Shown here piece by piece: positions 18,320 through 27,124 of a stretch of DNA of 64,000 nucleotides; within the stretch, counting starts at the first letter, position 1, and each line of letters begins with the position of its first letter. Under the pieces are notes generated by a model. It was not told where the DNA came from. It saw only the letters and a program-made list of their open reading frames with translations, and did not search any database. A program made the position numbers and the translations under genes. This DNA comes from a virus: the IMG/VR virus record IMGVR_UViG_3300036760_000069, positions 1 through 64,000 of that record, one strand, 5' to 3'.

Positions 18320-19765
18320 TCACGATACTGAATAACCTTTGCTGCGTTGCTTCTCCCGATCCTTGCTCCGCGGCGTCGGCTTCTCCTGCGGCCGGAACAG
18401 GACGCGCCCCAGAACGTGCGTGATGGAATCGCCGACGTGCGAACTCGGCTGCTTCTTATCCGGCCCGTCCTTCAGCACTTCCCCCATGGCGTTCACCTTG
18501 TAGCTGTACCCGCCGGCAAAGGCTGCGTCGACTCGGTTGAACGGCTCGCCCTCCGTCACATGGGGCGAGACCTGCACCATCGGAATCCCGCCCGGCATCT
18601 GCGTGAAGATGAACTTCAGCGCGTTCTTCCGCGTCTGCCAGTCCGAGACACCAGGATGATACACCGTTTTCAGTAAGTCCTCAATAATTCTCGCCCCCGA
18701 GTAGTCGCTGTTACTCTGCTCGCGTGACTCCAGTGCCGGGTCGCCGCCGTCATACCACTTCTTGCACCGGGCATACCGGGGCTGGGCGAGGAGCGGCTGG
18801 AGCTTGGTGGTAATCATCTGGTGCATCCCGCCGCCAGGGAGCATGACGGAATCGAGAAAGTGCAGACGGCCCGACGGCGTGAACTGCGCCAGCACGCAGG
18901 TCGGATTCAGCCCGCCATCATACATCCGCAGGATCTGTTGCTCCGGCAATGGATCAATCCGGTGCTTGGCGAGGTGAAACTGTTGCTGGTACTCCTCGGT
19001 GATCCGCACCCCGTCATAGACGTCCGAAAACTCACCCTCATCGTACCGGGCGGCGAGATCGGGGCGGTTGCGGAAGGCCTCGACACGGGCGTCCCGGTCG
19101 GTCTGGGAGATGTGCGGGTTCTCGCCTTTGCGGATCCGGTACACCTCGGCGCCGGTCGCGGGCCGCTCGATCGCCCACTTGTACGTCCAGTGCTTGCGCT
19201 CGGCCGGGTTCATGGCGACCTGGAGACGCTTAGGCCCCGTGCCGCCGGCGGCCACCCGGCGCATCCCCATCAGGTAGACCTCCTCGCGCATCCCCTGGTT
19301 GCCGGTGTGAATGATCGGCGCGGGTTCTTCGAGGTGGATGATCTGGTACTCGGCCCCTTGGATGCGGTTCAGTGAATCTGGGGCGTCCATGCCGAACAGG
19401 TCGATGTCCATGCCGTCAGCGTAGAGCTTGTGGTAGTCGTCGTGGAACTCACAGATGTCCCCGAACGGGGACCGCTTGATCGAGTCCACGGTGATGCGCT
19501 TGAGGTTGATGTGCGTGTCCCGGATGAAGGCCCCGCGCATGTCGAACGGGTCGTCCTTCCGCCACTTGCCGGCAGGGTCGTCGTTCTGGTGGACCGGCAG
19601 GTACGGGCGTACCTCTTGGAGAAAGGCAAAGAAGGCGGCGATCGAGGCGAAGGTCTTGCCCTCGCGCTCCGGGCCAATGATCCACGGGTAGCGGGACTTC
19701 GACAGCACGAACTCAGCCTGGGTCAGCGTCAGCTCGAGGAGCAGGTCAACAGGGGTCACGCTCAC
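18320..19765 (-). CDS. terL: Terminase large subunit
   Basis: Walker A GPEREGKT, Walker B IHLEE, MNP coupling motif, RNase-H-like YDGG and HVGD; GTG start at 19765. Confidence 0.88.
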   Translation of the reverse strand: MSVTPVDLLLELTLTQAEFVLSKSRYPWIIGPEREGKTFASIAAFFAFLQEVRPYLPVHQNDDPAGKWRKDDPFDMRGAFIRDTHINLKRITVDSIKRSPFGDICEFHDDYHKLYADGMDIDLFGMDAPDSLNRIQGAEYQIIHLEEPAPIIHTGNQGMREEVYLMGMRRVAAGGTGPKRLQVAMNPAERKHWTYKWAIERPATGAEVYRIRKGENPHISQTDRDARVEAFRNRPDLAARYDEGEFSDVYDGVRITEEYQQQFHLAKHRIDPLPEQQILRMYDGGLNPTCVLAQFTPSGRLHFLDSVMLPGGGMHQMITTKLQPLLAQPRYARCKKWYDGGDPALESREQSNSDYSGARIIEDLLKTVYHPGVSDWQTRKNALKFIFTQMPGGIPMVQVSPHVTEGEPFNRVDAAFAGGYSYKVNAMGEVLKDGPDKKQPSSHVGDSITHVLGRVLFRPQEKPTPRSKDREKQRSKGYSVS

Positions 19766-20151
19766 AGTTCGAGGGGACTCCTTGGGCGGTTGTAAGCGTC
19801 CATGATCGCCTTGTCCATCATGCGCGTCATGGCCTTGGAGTCCCACGCCTTGGCGAAGACCTCCTCGAACATGGCGGCACAGGCATGGATCTCGGTCGCG
19901 GTGAGCGGCGGCAGGATCGGCGACTCGTAGCTGATGGAGCTGGCGGCAGGAGTCGAACCCGCGGCCTGAGCTTTACGAAAGCCCTGCTCTACTGTCTGAG
20001 CTACGCCAGCCCCCAGAAAGACGAACCCCAGCAGGCCCTTGAGAATGTTGCGCCGAGACAAGTTGGTAGCGGGGGCTGGACTTGAACCAGCGACCTGTTG
20101 CTTATGAGGCAACCGAGCTACCATCTGCTCCACCCCGCTACTTCGTTGCAT
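19762..20151 (-). CDS. 129-aa ORF spanning two tRNA genes, with Tat-like motif SRRNILK
   Basis: Start overlaps upstream stop (TGATG), stop overlaps terL start (GTGA), no in-frame stop through either tRNA. Confidence 0.45.
   Translation of the reverse strand: MQRSSGVEQMVARLPHKQQVAGSSPAPATNLSRRNILKGLLGFVFLGAGVAQTVEQGFRKAQAAGSTPAASSISYESPILPPLTATEIHACAAMFEEVFAKAWDSKAMTRMMDKAIMDAYNRPRSPLEL
19935..20010 (-). tRNA. tRNA-Thr(CGT)
   Basis: 76 nt; GCTGGCG/CGCCAGC acceptor stem, loop TTCGTAA, GTTCGAC T-loop, encoded CCA; D-loop lacks GG. Confidence 0.85.
20064..20139 (-). tRNA. tRNA with CAT anticodon (Met; initiator-like body)
   Basis: 76 nt AGCGGGGTGGAGCAGATGGTAGCTCG...CTCATAA...GGTTCAAGTCCAGCCCCCGCTACCA. 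Confidence 0.88.
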
Positions 20152-20378
20152 CAGTTTAGCACAAGCCGCCGGCCCACAAAGCCAGACAACCAGGCGCCGC
20201 GGCTCTTGGCGGCGACGTGGAAGATCGGCGGCCCGTGCGGCTTCTTGGCCCGGATGGCATAGGCCCGCTTTATCAGCTTGCTCTGCCGCTTCACCGGCAC
20301 CATGGTCCCATCCTCGCCTTCTTGAATGAAATGCACCTCGCCCTTCCAGGTCGTGTCGTCGTGGTAGCGTTTGCCCAT
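20151..20378 (-). CDS. Hypothetical protein
   Basis: Coupled ORF. Confidence 0.5.
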   Translation of the reverse strand: MGKRYHDDTTWKGEVHFIQEGEDGTMVPVKRQSKLIKRAYAIRAKKPHGPPIFHVAAKSRGAWLSGFVGRRLVLN

Positions 20379-20713
20379 CAGGCACGCCCTCCCAGCGTGA
20401 TAATGCGCGTGTCCTCGTTCTTGGTGGGCTTCGTGTCGCCAGCAATCACCGTCGCCGCCACGCCGAGCCCAGACCCGATCAGCCCGACCACCCCCGCCGG
20501 CGGCAGGTTGTTCGACCAGCTCAGGTACGGCGTGCCATCGCTCCCCGCCACGATCAGGATGGTCGCCATCGGCTTCACGCCCACAGGCAGGCTGTAGAGG
20601 TGGTTGAACTTCTCGCGCTCGCCCTGCACCATCGGGATCGGCGGCAGGCCGGGCTTGTCACTATCACGCAGGGCCATTGGGGTCTCCTTTCGTCGTTTGA
20701 TCTTCCAGCTCAT
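20378..20713 (-). CDS. Hypothetical protein
   Basis: Coupled ORF; start may be MALRDS after AGGAG. Confidence 0.5.
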   Translation of the reverse strand: MSWKIKRRKETPMALRDSDKPGLPPIPMVQGEREKFNHLYSLPVGVKPMATILIVAGSDGTPYLSWSNNLPPAGVVGLIGSGLGVAATVIAGDTKPTKNEDTRIITLGGRA

Positions 20714-20961
20714 CGTCGGCTCGGATCGTCCAGCATCGTCACGCGGGCCCCAAGGGCCTCGATCGCGCTCTCCAGCTCACGCACACGGGCCTCCAGCAGA
20801 ATCACCATCGGGATCTCCGGGGTCGAGGTGAACTTGCGAGCCTCGCCGTAGAACCGCAGGGCCGCCTCGTCCATCGGATGCACCACGGCAGCCCGCCAGC
20901 CGAACCAGGCGAAGATGGCGCGGAGGCGGTCAATCAGTGTCTGGGGGATTGGCTCCGCCAT
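20710..20961 (-). CDS. Hypothetical protein
   Basis: Coupled ORF. Confidence 0.5.
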   Translation of the reverse strand: MAEPIPQTLIDRLRAIFAWFGWRAAVVHPMDEAALRFYGEARKFTSTPEIPMVILLEARVRELESAIEALGARVTMLDDPSRR

Positions 20962-21530
20962 CAGCGTCCCGCCGGCGGCACAGGCCCTGCGGGCTTCTTT
21001 ACGATGAAGGTGAAGGGCTTCGTCCTGGGCCGCGCCGTCTCGCTCTTGAGATCCACGATGGTCTGGGGCTTCTTCGATTTGCCGCCCGTGCCGATGATGA
21101 ACGTGATGTTGATGGGCGGCCGTGGCGGCGCCGGCATCTCCATCTTCGCTGGGCGCGTGCCGTAGGCGTCCATCACCCGATCCACCGCCTTGAGCTGCAC
21201 ATCGAAGTCTGGCTTGGCGATCACCTCCAGCTTCTTGTCCTCACCATGGCCCGTCGTCACGGGGAAGAACTTCTCCGCGTCGAGGCACTCGTCTAACCGC
21301 TGCGCCGCCTTGTCCACGATGCCGGGGTTGCGCCGTTCCAGCGCGTCGGTCATCAGGGACTGGACGATGGGCCGCTGAAAGACCTGGTAGCCCTTCTTCT
21401 GGGCATAACTGGCGGACCAGCCGGCTGCCTTCACCGCCTGTCGCTGAGAGGCCCCCCCCATGACGGCGGCCACGGCCTTGCGCTCCTTTTTGTTGGCGGT
21501 TTTCTGCCGGGGTGCGCGTTTGACCGCCAT
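20961..21530 (-). CDS. terS: Terminase small subunit
   Basis: HTH-like SQRQAVKAAGWSASYA motif, AGGAGG RBS, upstream of terL. Confidence 0.7.
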   Translation of the reverse strand: MAVKRAPRQKTANKKERKAVAAVMGGASQRQAVKAAGWSASYAQKKGYQVFQRPIVQSLMTDALERRNPGIVDKAAQRLDECLDAEKFFPVTTGHGEDKKLEVIAKPDFDVQLKAVDRVMDAYGTRPAKMEMPAPPRPPINITFIIGTGGKSKKPQTIVDLKSETARPRTKPFTFIVKKPAGPVPPAGR

Positions 21531-21532
21531 GC

Positions 21533-21769
21533 CTACCTCCTGCCCACCTTCACGACGCCGCTGATCTTCAACAGCTCCTCCCGCGCACTGAACGGCAGGA
21601 ACTCCCGGACTACATCGCCCCAGACATCGCCACGCACCCACATGCGGCGGCAGAGATAGTCGGCCGCGTCCTGCCGAATGACCAACGCCACGTTCGGGCT
21701 CTGCGCGTCCTTGACGGCCTGCTCGACCACCGCACAGGCGAGGCGTAGCTCGGGCGACTCCACGACCAT
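21533..21769 (-). CDS. Hypothetical protein
   Basis: LACAVVEQAVKD motif common in phage pre-late genes. Confidence 0.55.
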   Translation of the reverse strand: MVVESPELRLACAVVEQAVKDAQSPNVALVIRQDAADYLCRRMWVRGDVWGDVVREFLPFSAREELLKISGVVKVGRR

Positions 21770-21772
21770 AGC

Positions 21773-21982
21773 CTACGCCCATCCCTTCTGCTTGGCGATC
21801 CAGAGCGAACAGACGAACTCGCCCGTCTTGTCCTTGCAGTCCACCTCGTTCTCGCCGTCGCAGATCTGGCTCCGCGGGATCCATTGCGGCGTGCCGTCGT
21901 CGACGTCGATCAGGATGGCCTTGCCGCTTTCAGCGGTGCAGGTCGCTTGGACACGATAGAGCGGTTCGTCGTCACGCATCAC
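21773..21982 (-). CDS. Small beta protein
   Basis: KAILI...WIPRSQI...WIAKQKG. Confidence 0.55.
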   Translation of the reverse strand: MMRDDEPLYRVQATCTAESGKAILIDVDDGTPQWIPRSQICDGENEVDCKDKTGEFVCSLWIAKQKGWA

Positions 21983-22572
21983 CCCTCCTTCGGCTCGCGA
22001 GAGAGTCCGTCGTCTATCGACCCAACTGCTGCCATGATTTCAAACTTCGCTTTCTCGTTGCCGTGAAGGTCGTCAAACTGAAGTTTTGACCATCCTTTCG
22101 CCACACGATAGAGCCGTTCGTAGAGCTTGACCCGCGCCTCCAGCGCGGCCTTCTCGCGCTCTAGCTCCTGATGATGGTCAAGGAATACTCCAAGGTTTTC
22201 TAGTAAATCTTTATGCTGTCGGTCGTCGTCGGTATAGTTCTTCTTTGCAAACTCAACCGATATAACTTGCTCAATTCCTGCGCGTTCCTGCATCAGCCGT
22301 TCATTCTCCACGCGGAGGGCGTCGCGCTCGACGGTCGTTCCAGATACAGCAATCTCGCACTCTTTGCCAACAGTAACGTAGCCATCATGGCGGCGCAGGA
22401 TTTCCTCGGTAAGTCCTTTTGCGCGATACGCCTCTAGTTCCGCCAGCACCGCCTCCACGTCGGCGGCTTTGTAGACCTCTATTGTCTCATCAGGAAAAGA
22501 GATGTTTGCATAGGTCGGCCCCTTATCCTGTAGGCTAAATTTATCTCGCACCCACCAGCGCGTCGGCGTCAT
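21979..22572 (-). CDS. Hypothetical coiled-coil accessory protein
   Basis: Lower-GC mosaic ORF. Confidence 0.5.
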   Translation of the reverse strand: MTPTRWWVRDKFSLQDKGPTYANISFPDETIEVYKAADVEAVLAELEAYRAKGLTEEILRRHDGYVTVGKECEIAVSGTTVERDALRVENERLMQERAGIEQVISVEFAKKNYTDDDRQHKDLLENLGVFLDHHQELEREKAALEARVKLYERLYRVAKGWSKLQFDDLHGNEKAKFEIMAAVGSIDDGLSREPKEG

Positions 22573-22576
22573 GGCG

Positions 22577-22771
22577 TCACCCCTTCCGTCGTACAATCTG
22601 AACGAAATTCTGGATATAATGTAGTGCGCCATCAGGACGCTTGATTACCCAACAATCACCTGTGGCGCATGGTCGTGAAACTACTTCTCCATGAAAACTC
22701 TCACCATAAGTAGTACCGATAAACAATACAACCTCTACGACATCGCCATTTTCAATCATCAGGTCACTCAT
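22577..22771 (-). CDS. Hypothetical protein
   Basis: Low-GC small ORF. Confidence 0.45.
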   Translation of the reverse strand: MSDLMIENGDVVEVVLFIGTTYGESFHGEVVSRPCATGDCWVIKRPDGALHYIQNFVQIVRRKG

Positions 22772-23159
22772 GGCGCGGCTCCTGCATCTGCGCCTTCGCC
22801 TCGGCGACGGCCAGCTTCAGTCGGAGCGTGCTGATGACCTCCGCGTGTCCTTCAGCAAGTTCCTTGATGAGCGGTTTGAATGTCTGTACAGGGCATCCGT
22901 GCATTGCAAACAGGCCGGAGATGATCTCCTCACTCTCGGCTCGGACCAGTGCCAAATCATTCGTCTCCCAATGACACATCAGACACGGAGACCCGGCGGC
23001 GTCTTGCAGGTCCACCCGATACGCCGGATGCCGGACGCAGGTGCGGGCAGTCGGGCGCGGCCACTTCACGATCACAACCCTGACCACGACGGCGAGGAAC
23101 AAGATAATCAGCCCAGCGATGGCCCCGGCGAGAAACTCCCCCTGTTCTGTATTCATCAC
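22764..23159 (-). CDS. Membrane protein
   Basis: N-terminal TM helix; CVRH/CLMC. Confidence 0.5.
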   Translation of the reverse strand: MMNTEQGEFLAGAIAGLIILFLAVVVRVVIVKWPRPTARTCVRHPAYRVDLQDAAGSPCLMCHWETNDLALVRAESEEIISGLFAMHGCPVQTFKPLIKELAEGHAEVISTLRLKLAVAEAKAQMQEPRHE

Positions 23160-23338
23160 GATGTCCTCCCAAACGTCTCGTCGACCAGCACCTTGACCTT
23201 GATGCTCAGGTTCTTCCCGCGATACCCGACCAGCAACTCGGCGACCTGCTTGCGGAACTCCTCGCTGACCTCGAACGTGACTTTGGTGCCGCCCTCCGTG
23301 TCCGTAATCCGATCCAGGGCGGCGGTAAATTCCATCAT
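23156..23338 (-). CDS. Hypothetical protein
   Basis: GGAGG RBS, MMEFTAALD. Confidence 0.5.
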   Translation of the reverse strand: MMEFTAALDRITDTEGGTKVTFEVSEEFRKQVAELLVGYRGKNLSIKVKVLVDETFGRTS

Positions 23339-24381
23339 ACGGGGGCCTCCGTGCAGGTGGCGTAGATGTCGGGGAACATTTTCAGAAACTGCCCGCGCTT
23401 CACATCGAGCGAGGTGGTGGTGATGTCCCCGGCGAAAATGCCCCCGATCGCCCGAGCTGTCACCTGAATTGCGGGATGGGTGTAGGGCACCTTGCCCCCT
23501 TGCCGGTGCGCTTCGACCTCGGCCCACGCGACCGCGGCAGTCAACGTGCCGGATGTCGGAGTGGCGCGGTGCGGGGTCTCCGGGGTCAGCCAGTCCCTCC
23601 ACGGCTCGTTGCCCTTACCATCCCGCAGGAATCGCTTCGGGTCTTTCGTGGCCAGGCCCTGTGTGACGAGGTCGCTGGCGGCGTAGTGTGTAGCGGCGGT
23701 ACAGGCGGCAGCCCGATCCTCGGCGGTGAGCAAGAGGAATCGCCGGCGGGTCTCCGTCTTCTCCAGCTTCTTGCCGTTCCGTGCCGGATAGGCTTTCCAG
23801 AACTGCTCGAACAGGGTGTCCCCCTCACCAGAGGGGTGAGAGTTCTTCTGAGAACTCGATAGAGTCTTCTTCTGTTTCTGACTCTGACTCTGACTCTGAC
23901 TCTGACTCTGTATGCGTTGGCTATGCGTTCGCATATTCGTTCGCACTGCATTCGTATTACCGACATGATGCGGACGCACTCCATTCGTATCAGCCCACCG
24001 CTTCTTTGCACTCTCTCGATTTTGCTGACATTTTCGATCTTCTTCGCATTGGATACCGTGGAGTTTCATGTTCACCATGCGGTCAAGTAGGTCTGGATGG
24101 GGAACAAAACACTGGGCGACCACCCCTGCAAGGTCATCGGCATTGTACGGGCGGGCGGTCTTGGCATAGGTGTCGCTGTCGAAGGGCATGACGGACGCAA
24201 TGCGTTCGCATTGCGTGGGGATGCTCCCCTCCAGCCACTGAAAACACAGGAGCTTGATATAGATGCCCACCTGGGCATTGCTCATCATTTGGACTTTCTC
24301 ATCGAACAAGAAGTCACGGGCGTAGAGCTTGAACCACGGAAGTTTCGAGACCTTGCCGGTGCCGTTGGTGTGCCCCATCAT
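23335..24381 (-). CDS. Replication initiator (DUF1376/YdaU N-terminus)
   Basis: LPWFKLYARDFL...GIYIKLLCFQWLEGSIP, QS-repeat linker, FEQFWKAYP C-terminal domain. Confidence 0.8.
   Translation of the reverse strand: MMGHTNGTGKVSKLPWFKLYARDFLFDEKVQMMSNAQVGIYIKLLCFQWLEGSIPTQCERIASVMPFDSDTYAKTARPYNADDLAGVVAQCFVPHPDLLDRMVNMKLHGIQCEEDRKCQQNRESAKKRWADTNGVRPHHVGNTNAVRTNMRTHSQRIQSQSQSQSQSQKQKKTLSSSQKNSHPSGEGDTLFEQFWKAYPARNGKKLEKTETRRRFLLLTAEDRAAACTAATHYAASDLVTQGLATKDPKRFLRDGKGNEPWRDWLTPETPHRATPTSGTLTAAVAWAEVEAHRQGGKVPYTHPAIQVTARAIGGIFAGDITTTSLDVKRGQFLKMFPDIYATCTEAPV
23824..23990. repeat. Putative replication origin inside the initiator gene
   Basis: (TCTGAC)x5, iteron-like TGCGTTCGCAT/TGCATTCGTAT variants, hairpins CTCACC-N5-GGTGAG and GAGTTCT-N4-AGAACTC. 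Confidence 0.5.
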
Positions 24382-24530
24382 CGACTCCGCTTCCGCCGCG
24401 TGCCCCAGCGCGCCGCCGCCCCGGCCTTGCCGATCTGTGAGAGTTTCTGCTTGGTGTGGTTCTTGGTCCGTTGGAGACCGCCTTTGCGGCCCAGCGCGAC
24501 GGCATGGGGGTTCTTCTTTACGGGCGGCAT
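24378..24530 (-). CDS. 50-aa basic protein (KNPHAVALGRKGG...AAARW type)
   Basis: Hand translation; coupled to the initiator. Confidence 0.65.
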   Translation of the reverse strand: MPPVKKNPHAVALGRKGGLQRTKNHTKQKLSQIGKAGAAARWGTRRKRSR

Positions 24531-24536
24531 CCTGTC

Positions 24537-24566
24537 CTTCTATTCCTTTCGCTAGGTACTTGTCAA
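24537..24566 (-). promoter_or_regulatory. Putative promoter for the replication genes
   Basis: TTGACA-N18-TAGAAG, 6 nt before ATG. Confidence 0.45.
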
Positions 24567-24573
24567 GCCCAAT

Positions 24574-24900
24574 TTATGCGGGCCACTTCTTGGACGCCGG
24601 ATCCGCCTCCTGCCGGTCCTCGATCGCCTTGGCGATGCGGAGCGCGCCCTGCACCTTATGATCCGGCACGCCATGGATGGCGGCCTGGTTCGCCCAGCCC
24701 CGGATGATGCGCGGCGCGAGCGGGTCGGTGCCCCGCAGGACGAAGATGATCTCGTCGTCCTTGGCGCGCTTCAGCACCTGGCAGGTGGCCTTGGTCGGAA
24801 GATCACCCGTCGTTAGCAATCCCTCGTGAACCATTTTGGATACCGCCTCGCCGTAAGTACCAGCCTCACCTGCCACCGTCTTGTTTTCTTGTTCTGCCAT
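24574..24900 (-). CDS. Hypothetical protein
   Basis: DDEIIFVLRGTDPLAP conserved-looking motif. Confidence 0.6.
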   Translation of the reverse strand: MAEQENKTVAGEAGTYGEAVSKMVHEGLLTTGDLPTKATCQVLKRAKDDEIIFVLRGTDPLAPRIIRGWANQAAIHGVPDHKVQGALRIAKAIEDRQEADPASKKWPA

Positions 24901-25034
24901 TGTCCTCTCTCCTTGTTGTGGGGGTGGGGCCGGCTCCAGCAAGACCCGGCCCCACCGATCCAACCAAATCCCCCCGAGAGCCATCCCCCCAGCGCCAGCC
25001 GGGTCGGCCTCATCGGACGTCGGGGGCGCGCCCG

Positions 25035-25391
25035 TTAGAACGTCTCCAGCCTGATCGTGACCCCTGCTAGCGCCTTACACGGGGGCAGGTTGGTCTGCAC
25101 CTCCCACTGGATGATTTGGCTATCGTCCTTCACCACGCCGGCGCGTTCCAGCACATGACAGAGGGCATCCAGCATCCCCGGCACATCGCGCCGGCGCCGA
25201 TCCGCATGGGTGAACACCACCGAAATTTTCAGCAGCTCGGTGAGGGGTGTCGTAGGCGGGTGAATCTGTGTGAGCATTGCGTCCCGCCACACCGCCCAGC
25301 GCGGCAACGGGTAATGCCGCCCGGTCCGCGTGATCTGCATGTGGTTTTTCCCCGACAGGCACTGGCCTTTCAGCACATAGGTCAGGAGCAT
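25035..25391 (-). CDS. rusA: RusA-like Holliday junction resolvase
   Basis: RRRDVPGMLDALCHVLERAGVVKDDSQI. Confidence 0.75.
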   Translation of the reverse strand: MLLTYVLKGQCLSGKNHMQITRTGRHYPLPRWAVWRDAMLTQIHPPTTPLTELLKISVVFTHADRRRRDVPGMLDALCHVLERAGVVKDDSQIIQWEVQTNLPPCKALAGVTIRLETF

Positions 25392-26122
25392 TAGGCGATC
25401 ACCGGGAGGCCGTGAACGCGCTCCTCCAAATACGCCTTGATTGCCAATACCGTCGTCATCTTCCAATGCCCCCCGTCAGCCTCGAACAGGGCGCAGACCG
25501 GGATCTGCCCCTCACCGGCAGGGCGCAGGCGGAAGACGAACTCTGAGGCGGGCTGGTCGATCTCCGGGAAGGTGCGATAAGGCGCCAGCGTCCACCGGGG
25601 ACGCACCACCACCCCCTCCTTGAGCGTTACGCCCGTCTTCACAGCGGTCTTCTGGGAGATCCCATCGTCTTGGCTGGTCGTGATGGTCTCCCCGGTCAGG
25701 TTCGAGACCAGCTTGAGCAACTCTTGACACTCTGACGTCTGCACAAAGCAGGACTGCACCCAGATGATGAACGCTTCCTGTTCCAGAAACTTCGAGAACG
25801 GAAAGGGTTGCTCACCAAGACGGGCTTTGGCCTCGATATGCAGTTCCCGCTGGCCCCACTCATCGCAGAGCGTATTGCCGACGACGACATGCCCATAGCC
25901 GCGCACGACGACGATTTCGCTCCCGACTTCTTCGTGAATCCCGTTGAGGTGGTGTCCGATCAGATCACACAGGCCGGTCAACGTCTGCACGGTCACGGGT
26001 TCCGGCAACTGCATCTTGACCGGAAAGACGGGCTTCGTCGTGTACTTGTGCCCATCAATGTCCAGCTCATCCCCATGCCCGAGCTCGACAATCTTCTCAA
26101 TCGCTTCCTTGGTTAGATCCAT
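25391..26122 (-). CDS. Conserved phage protein (partner of 26152..26529)
   Basis: LAPYRTFPEIDQPASEFVFR and ALFEADGG motifs. Confidence 0.7.
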   Translation of the reverse strand: MDLTKEAIEKIVELGHGDELDIDGHKYTTKPVFPVKMQLPEPVTVQTLTGLCDLIGHHLNGIHEEVGSEIVVVRGYGHVVVGNTLCDEWGQRELHIEAKARLGEQPFPFSKFLEQEAFIIWVQSCFVQTSECQELLKLVSNLTGETITTSQDDGISQKTAVKTGVTLKEGVVVRPRWTLAPYRTFPEIDQPASEFVFRLRPAGEGQIPVCALFEADGGHWKMTTVLAIKAYLEERVHGLPVIA

Positions 26123-26151
26123 GTGCGGTCTCCTTTGTGTGGTGGGGTCGA

Positions 26152-26529
26152 TTACCCCCGGATCGGGTGAACTTTGCCCTCTTTGTCGATGGCCTTCTCC
26201 TTGAACAGCTTTTCCTGCCGCTGGTCGGACGGGTAGGCGGTCACATGGCCGCCCTTGTCTGAGATGAAGATACTGGCCTTGACCGCCGGCACGGAGACCA
26301 GTTTCGAGGTACAGACAAACGAGACCTCCGCTACGCTCCGATCATTCGAGGGCGTGATGTCGAAGGTCAGCGTCACCCGGCGGGACTTTTTGGGGTCGGT
26401 GTTCACATCGGCGACGTTTTCCAGCACTTCCTGCAACACCCGACCGAAGACCTCCTCGGCCGCGCCGCCACAGATATTGCCCAGATTGAGGGTCTTGCTC
26501 TCTGCTCCCATCAGCGTTGCTCCTTTCAT
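26152..26529 (-). CDS. Phage protein of the family often labelled 'replication terminator'
   Basis: VLENVADVNTDPKKSRRVTL motif. Confidence 0.65.
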   Translation of the reverse strand: MKGATLMGAESKTLNLGNICGGAAEEVFGRVLQEVLENVADVNTDPKKSRRVTLTFDITPSNDRSVAEVSFVCTSKLVSVPAVKASIFISDKGGHVTAYPSDQRQEKLFKEKAIDKEGKVHPIRG

Positions 26530-26562
26530 TCGTAATAGCCCTAGCCCGTGTGTGATGCAGCA

Positions 26563-26763
26563 TCATGCCACTGTCTTTCTCGCCCACTCCTTTGCGGCGA
26601 TCCGCATCTGGCGCGCCAGCCATTTCAGTTCGTCGTACTCCGCCATGGCGGCCCGATCAGCAGGTGTTCGCAGCACCCACTTGTTACATACGACATGGCT
26701 GGCCTTCAGCTCTTTCGCAAAGCCGTCCAACACCGCCGCGGCCCGGAGGAGGTCCGTCTTCAT
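26563..26763 (-). CDS. Hypothetical protein
   Basis: Small ORF in operon. Confidence 0.45.
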   Translation of the reverse strand: MKTDLLRAAAVLDGFAKELKASHVVCNKWVLRTPADRAAMAEYDELKWLARQMRIAAKEWARKTVA

Positions 26764-26818
26764 CGCGGCATCTCGTCCCACGTCGCGTCCGTCCACTCGA
26801 TCTTGGTGTTCGTGCCCA

Positions 26819-27124
26819 TTAGCTCACCTTCTTGAACTCGTGATACCAAATCGTTTGTTTGGGGTCATAGCCCTTGCGCGGATGGATTTTCTCCCAGATG
26901 GCGATGAAGGCCTCGGAAGTCTCGAACCCTTCCTGGCGGTATCGAGCCTGGGCGACAAAACCGAGAGAGTGCGGCCTGACCAGCGTGAACTCAAACTGCT
27001 GACCGAACACGTAAAAGACATCGCCAGGCTTCCCCAACGGCTTCGTCCTGCTGGTAGCTGTCTTGCGTCCAGAGCACAGCCGCTCCTCGAACTCAGGCAG
27101 GAAGCGAATCACGCTCTGCTTCAT
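26819..27124 (-). CDS. ASCH domain protein
   Basis: SGRKTATSR...EGF...F..IW. Confidence 0.75.
   Translation of the reverse strand: MKQSVIRFLPEFEERLCSGRKTATSRTKPLGKPGDVFYVFGQQFEFTLVRPHSLGFVAQARYRQEGFETSEAFIAIWEKIHPRKGYDPKQTIWYHEFKKVS

Noticed and set aside
19935-20139. tRNAs as an attachment site or prophage boundary
   Set aside because: Phage genes continue on both sides, no duplicated tRNA 3' end was seen and there is no integrase
23877-23910. CRISPR-like array
   Set aside because: Simple hexamer tandem encoding QSQS; no spacers and no cas genes
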